Positions 58,854-64,000 of a stretch of 64,000 nt of DNA are shown in pieces. The stretch comes from an uncultured Ruminococcus sp. (lineage in GTDB: Bacteria; Bacillota; Clostridia; Oscillospirales; Acutalibacteraceae). The stretch lies in the NCBI GenBank assembly GCA_964609975.1, contig CAZSTR010000002.1, positions 16,051-80,050 on the forward strand, read 5' to 3'. The notes beneath the pieces are model-generated. The model made no database searches, was not told the DNA's origin, and saw only the letters and a list, made by a program, of their open reading frames with translations. The translations under genes were made by a program, and so were the position numbers. Every line of letters starts with the position of its first letter. Position 1 is the first letter of the stretch.

Positions 58854-59888
58854 ATGGAACAACTCAACCGAATTATGGCGATTTTGCGGCGCTTTGTGCG
58901 CACCCGTATTTGCGCCGCCCTTTGTCTGGCGTTGGCCACTACGTTGATGGTGACCTTCGTCTCCGTGAACTCGCAGGCGGTGACTGTCAACGACGGCGAA
59001 TCCAGCCGCGTGGTGCTGACCATGCACAGTGACCCCTATTTGACCGTTTCCGCCGCCGGTGTGGCTCTGGAAAGCTATGACCGCTTGCAGGTGAATCCGG
59101 TGGCTGGGACCATTGATGTGAACCGGGCGATGACTGTGGAGGTGCGGGCGGATGGCCTGTCCACGCTGCTGCACATGAACGATGGCACGGTGGCGGAGGC
59201 TTTGCGCCGGGCGCAGGTGACGGTGGGCGCTTATGACACCGTCAGCGAGAAAACGGACACACCCGTCACCGATGGCATGGCCATCACGGTGGAGCGGGTG
59301 GCCTATGAGGAATATCAGGTCACCGAGGCGGTTCCCTTTGAGACGGTGACGAAATACACCTGCGTGCTCTTGCCGGGGCGCACGAAGGTGCAGCAGGCCG
59401 GTGTGAACGGAAGCAAAACCCTCACCTATCGGAAAACACTGGTGGACGGCCAGGTGGTGGCCACGGATTTGGTGAGTGAAAAGGTGACCAAAAAAGCGGT
59501 TTCCAAAATCGTGTTGAAGGGCGCCAGCTTTGGCACGCCCTTGTCGGAGGCGCCCTTTGACATCCAGCTGGATGCGAAGGGACAGCCGGTGAGCTATAAG
59601 AAGGTGTATACCGGAAAAAGCTGTACCGCCTATTCCACCGGCACGCGGGGCGCGTCCGGGATGAAGCTGAAGGTGGGCACCGTGGCTGTGAATCCCAATA
59701 TCATCCCCTACGGAACGAAGCTGTGGATTACCTCCGCCGATGGAAAGTTTGTGTATGGCTATGCCATCGCGGCAGACACCGGCGCCTTTGCCAGCGGCAC
59801 GCGCACCTTCTGCGATGTGTATATGGGCTCTTATGCGGAGGCTTGCGCCTTCGGCCGGAGAAATCTGAACATTTATGTGATCGGCTAA
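58854..59888 (+). CDS. YabE-like cell-wall protein (DUF348 repeats, G5 domain, 3D domain)
   Basis: N-terminal TM, two DUF348-like repeats, G5 block VQQAGVNGSKTLTYRKTLVDG, and C-terminal 3D block TAYSTGTRGASG...GTVAVNPNIIPYGTKLWI...GYAIAADTG. ATG follows AAAGGAAG. Confidence 0.85.
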   Translation: MEQLNRIMAILRRFVRTRICAALCLALATTLMVTFVSVNSQAVTVNDGESSRVVLTMHSDPYLTVSAAGVALESYDRLQVNPVAGTIDVNRAMTVEVRADGLSTLLHMNDGTVAEALRRAQVTVGAYDTVSEKTDTPVTDGMAITVERVAYEEYQVTEAVPFETVTKYTCVLLPGRTKVQQAGVNGSKTLTYRKTLVDGQVVATDLVSEKVTKKAVSKIVLKGASFGTPLSEAPFDIQLDAKGQPVSYKKVYTGKSCTAYSTGTRGASGMKLKVGTVAVNPNIIPYGTKLWITSADGKFVYGYAIAADTGAFASGTRTFCDVYMGSYAEACAFGRRNLNIYVIG

Positions 59889-59999
59889 TGCGATGAAAAA
59901 TCAGGACGCTTCCGCCTACTGGCGGGGGCGTCCTTTCTGCTTTTCGGCATAAATGAGCCGCGCCCTCTCATATATTTTGGAAAAAAGGAGGGGGTCGGG

Positions 60000-60809
60000 A
60001 TGTTTTTGGTTATTAAACGCGCCCAGGCGCTGCTGGCGCTGACGGTGGCTGTGGCCTTGACGGCGGGGGCGATTGGCTTGGGGGCGTATGGGCAAAGGCG
60101 GGCAACCGTCGCAGCCGCGGCGGTCACCAACTGGGGGCTGGGCTTTCATGAGGCGGGACAACCGCCCACCGGGAACGCCTCGGTGGAACAGCTGAAGGGC
60201 TATAACGCCTATTATCGCGGGAGCGAGACGGAAAAGACGATTTATCTGACCTTTGATGCGGGCTATGAAAACGGATATACCGCCTCCATTTTGGACACGC
60301 TGAAGAAGCAGGGGGTGTCGGCGACCTTTTTCGTTGTGGGGCATTATCTGGACACGGCGCCGGAGCTGGTGCAACGGATGGTGGCGGAGGGACACACCGT
60401 CGGCAACCACACCGACCATCATCCGGATATGTCGGCCATCGCCGACCGGGCGGCCTTCGAACAAGAGCTTCAAGGGGTGGAGGAGCGCTATCAGAAGCTG
60501 ATCGGCGCGCCCATGGAGAAGCTCTATCGCCCGCCCCAGGGAAAATATAGCGTGAAAAACCTCGAAATGGCGCAACAGCTGGGCTATGCCACCTTCTTCT
60601 GGAGCTTGGCTTATGTGGATTGGTATACCGACCGTCAGCCGACGGCACAGCAGGCCTTCGACAGGTTGTTGCCGCGGATGCATAACGGGGCAATTTTGCT
60701 GTTGCACAGCACCTCCGCCACCAACGCTTCCATTCTTGACGAGTTGCTCACCGCCTGGAAACAGCAGGGCTATACCTTCGAAAAACTTTCCCGGCTTTGC
60801 GTCGCATAA
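60000..60809 (+). CDS. pdaA: delta-lactam-biosynthetic de-N-acetylase (polysaccharide deacetylase, PdaA type)
   Basis: IYLTFDAGYENGYT, ATFFVVGHY, GHTVGNHTDHHPDM, LYRPPQGKYS and ILLLHS blocks. RBS AAGGAGGGGG. Confidence 0.85.
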   Translation: MFLVIKRAQALLALTVAVALTAGAIGLGAYGQRRATVAAAAVTNWGLGFHEAGQPPTGNASVEQLKGYNAYYRGSETEKTIYLTFDAGYENGYTASILDTLKKQGVSATFFVVGHYLDTAPELVQRMVAEGHTVGNHTDHHPDMSAIADRAAFEQELQGVEERYQKLIGAPMEKLYRPPQGKYSVKNLEMAQQLGYATFFWSLAYVDWYTDRQPTAQQAFDRLLPRMHNGAILLLHSTSATNASILDELLTAWKQQGYTFEKLSRLCVA

Positions 60810-60891
60810 GCGGGGACGAAAGGGGCATACTTCTATTGCCGCGGAGCGAAGGGCGCTTCGCCGCAATCCGTCAGAAAGGAGAGCACCGATT

Positions 60892-61056
60892 ATGGATCAT
60901 GCGAACAAAAGCATCCGTTGTACCGTGACATCCTGCTCCAACCACTGCTCCTGTGAGGATTATTGCAGTCTGGACAGTATTCAGGTGGGGACGCATGAAT
61001 GCGATCCGACGATGGACCAGTGCACCGATTGTCTGTCCTTTGTAAAGAAGGATTGA
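60892..61056 (+). CDS. DUF1540 domain-containing small Cys-rich protein
   Basis: 54 aa, IRCTVTSCSNHCSCEDYCSLDSIQVGTHECDPTMDQCTDCLSF. RBS AGAAAGGAGAG lies 8 nt upstream. The longer ORF 60586..61056 overlaps pdaA and is rejected. Confidence 0.75.
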   Translation: MDHANKSIRCTVTSCSNHCSCEDYCSLDSIQVGTHECDPTMDQCTDCLSFVKKD

Positions 61057-61178
61057 CCCTGCGGGCACAGCAAAAGCGCCCTGCCCCTTCAGCCGAAGGA
61101 GCGGGGCGCAGATTTTTCTTCCCTTTTGGCGGAGGATATGCTATACTGCCCTTGTACGAATTTCGATGGCGAGGAGCA

Positions 61179-62048
61179 ATGGACATGAAACGGTGTGCGG
61201 GTCTGCTGTTGGCGATTCTCTTTTGCCTTTGGCCACTGACGGTGTGCGCAGAGGAAGCGGTGGAAAAGGGCGTCGCGCTCATCACGGAGCCGTCGGCGTG
61301 GGCGGACGGGCTGGTATATTCCGTGAACGGTCAGCCGCAAGGCTCCGCAGAAATCCCCTGGGAGACAGGAGGCAACGGCCAGGCGCTCCGCTTGAGCGCC
61401 GGTGGAGCGGGCGTATATTTGGAGGAGGTCACTCTGCCGGAGCGGTTTTCTTTGAGCCTCTGGTTTCGCTTTGAACCGGCGGAGGCTTTGTGGGATAGGC
61501 CGATGGCGGCGGAGCTGTTGACCATGGAGGGTGAGCCGGGGCTGGCGTTTTTGCCCGCCGGGGACGGAGCGGGCCTCCCCTATACGCCCCTTTTGCGCCT
61601 GACCGATGCCGGCGGAGAAGTGCAGGAGCAGACGAACCCGAATGCGAAGGTGCTGAACGACGGCGAATGGCATATTCTGGCGGTGGTCGGCGACGAAAAA
61701 GGAACGGCGGTGTATGTGGACGGTGCGCTGTGGACGAAAACGGAGCTGTCCTTCAGCGGCGCGGGATTGCGGCGGCTTTGCTTCGGCGGCCTGTCGGCAG
61801 AGACGGGGATTGACGCGCTGGTGGACGATGTGGAGCTGTTCGACCGGGCGCTGTCGGCTGCCCAGGTGGCAAAAATGTACGTTCAGCCACCCGCCATGAC
61901 CGTAACGCCGTCTCAAACCGCCACCACCACCGAGGGAACCCTCCCGGACCCGCTGGAAAGCTCCTCTCAGCTATGGCTGTTGCTTTTCCCGCTGGTGGCG
62001 GGCGTGCTGCTGGCTGTTGCTTTTCTTTTGAAAAAATCGGAAAATTGA
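61179..62048 (+). CDS. LamG (concanavalin-A-like) domain protein with signal peptide and C-terminal TM anchor
   Basis: Signal MKRCAGLLLAILFCLWPLTVCA. LamG blocks FSLSLWFRF, DGEWHILAVVGDEKGTAVYVDG and VDDVELFDRALSAAQV. C-terminal LWLLLFPLVAGVLLAVAFLL. Confidence 0.75.
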   Translation: MDMKRCAGLLLAILFCLWPLTVCAEEAVEKGVALITEPSAWADGLVYSVNGQPQGSAEIPWETGGNGQALRLSAGGAGVYLEEVTLPERFSLSLWFRFEPAEALWDRPMAAELLTMEGEPGLAFLPAGDGAGLPYTPLLRLTDAGGEVQEQTNPNAKVLNDGEWHILAVVGDEKGTAVYVDGALWTKTELSFSGAGLRRLCFGGLSAETGIDALVDDVELFDRALSAAQVAKMYVQPPAMTVTPSQTATTTEGTLPDPLESSSQLWLLLFPLVAGVLLAVAFLLKKSEN

Positions 62049-62170
62049 CGAGAACCGCCGGAGAGGAATTTTCCTTCCTCCCCGGCGTTTTTTGTTTTTC
62101 AGCGAACGGTTGATGGCGGGGGAGCATATACTGACAAAAGAGAAAAGCGGGGAAAGAGGGGCGATGGGCG

Positions 62171-62449
62171 GTGGAAAACAGGATAGCGCTGTGCGCTTTG
62201 CGCCCCGGCGAGGGGGCGGTGGTGCGCCAGCTGCTTTCGGCGGGAAGCCTTCGCCGACGGCTGATGGACATTGGTTTGATCCCCGGCGGTGCGGTGCAGT
62301 GTGTCGGCCGCAGTCCCGGCGGCGACCCGGCCGCCTATCGAATTCGGGGCGCGATTGTAGCCTTGCGGGATGCAGACGCGGCGCGAGTGCTTGTGCAACG
62401 GACAGAGAGGAGGGCGGACGGTGGGCGCAAGAGAAAAAGCCGCCGTTGA
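62171..62449 (+). CDS. feoA: FeoA family protein
   Basis: LRPGEGAVVRQL...RRRLMDIGLIPGGAVQCVGRSPGGDPAAYRIRGAIVALR is the FeoA SH3-like pattern. GTG start. Basic tail overlaps feoB. Confidence 0.8.
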   Translation: MENRIALCALRPGEGAVVRQLLSAGSLRRRLMDIGLIPGGAVQCVGRSPGGDPAAYRIRGAIVALRDADAARVLVQRTERRADGGRKRKSRR

Positions 62450-64000
62450 GCGGCGGCTGGTGTTGGCTGGGAACCCGAATGTGGGGAAAAGCACGGTATT
62501 CAACGGCCTCACCGGCTTGCATCAGCACACGGGCAACTGGCCGGGGAAAACCGTGGCTAATGCTCAGGGAGCCTTTTCCGCCGCCGGTGTCCGCTATCGG
62601 CTGACGGATGTGCCCGGCGCCTATTCGCTGACCGCCCATTCTCCGGAGGAGGAAGTGGCGCGGGAGGGGATTTGCTTCGAGGAGGCGGACGGCATTGTGG
62701 TGGTGTGTGACGCCACCTGTTTGGAACGAAATCTGGTTTTGGTGTTGCAAATCCTGGAGCTGGGACGGCCGGTGCTGGTTTGCGTGAATTTGATGGATGA
62801 AGCGCGCCGCCGCGGTATAACGCCCCGGCTGGAAGCGTTGTCTGACCGGTTGGGTGTGCCGGTTTGCGGCGCCCAGGCCCGCCAACGGGGCGGCCTGCAG
62901 GCGCTGCTACGGGGGCTTCCCGCTCTTCGCCGGCCGCCGGAACGACCGGTGGAATATCCGGCGGCGGTGGAGCAGGCGGTGGAGATGCTTTGTCCCCTGC
63001 TGGAGCCGCTGGTGGGGGCGCGGATGGCGCCCCGCTTCGCAGCGTTGCGGTTGCTGGAGGGAGAGCCGGGCTGGCGCCAGGCGCTGGCCGCCTTTTTCGG
63101 CCGGGATGTTGCGGCCGAGCCGGCGGTGGCCGCGCCCCTGCAAAAGGCGCAGGAAGCGTTGGAGGCGACCGGTCTCGCGGGAGCGGCTTTTGGCGACTGT
63201 GTCACCGATGCGTTGGTTCATCGGGCGCAAGGTCTTGCGGCGGAGGCGGTTCCGGCCGCGCCGGACGCCGACCGCCGGGATTGGTGCATCGACGGAGTGG
63301 TTACCGGCCGCCTTGTGGGGTATCCGCTGATGCTTTTGTTGCTGTTGGCGGTGCTTTGGATCACCTTGCAAGGGGCGAACGCGCCCTCGGAGTGGCTTTC
63401 TGCCCGGTTTCTGCAGTTGCAGGAGCTTCTTTCCGCCCTTTTCGCCCATTGGAATGCGCCAGAGTGGCTTCATGGGGCGTTGGTGCTGGGGGCTTATCGG
63501 GTGCTGGCCTTTGTGACTGCGGTGATGCTGCCGCCGATGGCGATTTTCTTTCCTCTGTTCACGCTGTTGGAGGATGTGGGCTATCTGCCCCGCATCGCCT
63601 ATAATCTGGATCGCCCCTTTCAGCGCTGTCATGCCTGTGGTAAGCAGGCGCTGACCATGTGCATGGGCTTTGGATGTAACGCGGTGGGGGTGGTCGGCTG
63701 TCGCATTGTGGATTCGCCGCGGGAGCGACTGTTGGCGATTCTCACCAATAGCCTTGTCCCATGCAATGGCCGCTTTCCGGCGCTGGTGGCTTTGCTGTCG
63801 CTGTTTTTCGTCGGCGACGGCGGCGACGGCGGCTTTTTGGCGGCGACGCTGTTGACGGGATTGCTGGTGCTGGCGGTGGTGGTGTCCATGGGCGTGACCC
63901 GCCTGCTGTCGGCGACGCTGTTGCGGGGGCTTCCCTCCTCCTTTGTGCTGGAGCTGCCGCCCTATCGGCGGCCGCAGGTGGGGCGGGTGCTGGTGCGGTC
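62421..64000 (+). CDS. feoB: ferrous iron transport protein B (3'-truncated by the window end)
   Basis: Not in the ORF track because it is open-ended. My own translation from the GTG at 62421 (after AGAGAGGAGGG) gives LVLAGNPNVGKSTVFNGLTG (G1), TDVPGAYSL, CVNLMDEA (G4), then the gate region LEDVGYLPRIAYNLDRPF and MGFGCNAVGV. Open through 64000. Confidence 0.9.
   Translation, partial: MGAREKAAVERRLVLAGNPNVGKSTVFNGLTGLHQHTGNWPGKTVANAQGAFSAAGVRYRLTDVPGAYSLTAHSPEEEVAREGICFEEADGIVVVCDATCLERNLVLVLQILELGRPVLVCVNLMDEARRRGITPRLEALSDRLGVPVCGAQARQRGGLQALLRGLPALRRPPERPVEYPAAVEQAVEMLCPLLEPLVGARMAPRFAALRLLEGEPGWRQALAAFFGRDVAAEPAVAAPLQKAQEALEATGLAGAAFGDCVTDALVHRAQGLAAEAVPAAPDADRRDWCIDGVVTGRLVGYPLMLLLLLAVLWITLQGANAPSEWLSARFLQLQELLSALFAHWNAPEWLHGALVLGAYRVLAFVTAVMLPPMAIFFPLFTLLEDVGYLPRIAYNLDRPFQRCHACGKQALTMCMGFGCNAVGVVGCRIVDSPRERLLAILTNSLVPCNGRFPALVALLSLFFVGDGGDGGFLAATLLTGLLVLAVVVSMGVTRLLSATLLRGLPSSFVLELPPYRRPQVGRVLVR

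Noticed and set aside
60586-61056. 156-aa ORF overlapping the pdaA 3' end.
   Set aside because: Only the last 54 codons have an RBS-supported ATG (60892) and the DUF1540 Cys pattern. The upstream part is out-of-frame read-through of pdaA.
1-64000. CRISPR arrays, IS elements or transposases, integrases, prophage genes, rRNA or tRNA genes.
   Set aside because: No regularly spaced direct repeats, no DDE or serine/tyrosine recombinase motifs, and no rRNA or tRNA signatures were seen on either strand during the read-through.

Overview
Chromosomal window from a high-GC, spore-forming Firmicute. It looks like Clostridia or Oscillospiraceae; this is an inference from spoVT, spoVAE, pdaA, a yabE-like gene and gene style. 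It opens with the origin-proximal block rnpA-yidD-yidC-jag. Next come housekeeping and accessory genes: degV (interrupted by an in-frame TAG), pepD, a sugar-phosphate isomerase with a 2-hydroxyacid dehydrogenase, and spoVT. These are followed by a LysR/kinase/ferredoxin trio, a TPP riboswitch with thiT, a Na/Pi cotransporter, and a MerR-controlled reductase pair. Then come an ArsR-controlled Zn/Cd-type P1B-ATPase, an amino-acid ABC transporter, and a CNNM/hemolysin-family protein. The 23.8-34.2 kb stretch is envelope-related: a YfhO GT-C enzyme, a GacH/LtaS-like phosphotransferase, and an operon VTC-domain -> DUF4956 -> response regulator -> histidine kinase. That operon sits divergent from a Cthe_2159-type beta-helix lipoprotein. 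This module is my top candidate for an uncharacterised system. After GTP-PEPCK comes a ~20 kb Wzx/Wzy-type cell-wall polysaccharide locus (36.3-56.0 kb). It carries rfbABDC, two flippases, two LicD proteins, a CDP-alditol module, glf, an O-acetyltransferase and a lower-GC variable half. It has no priming transferase. The window ends with a DEAD-box helicase, a hairpin-rich non-coding stretch, a long-leader yabE-like gene, pdaA, a DUF1540 protein, a LamG protein and feoAB (feoB truncated by the window edge). All family calls rest on motif recognition by eye; no HMM or BLAST search was run.
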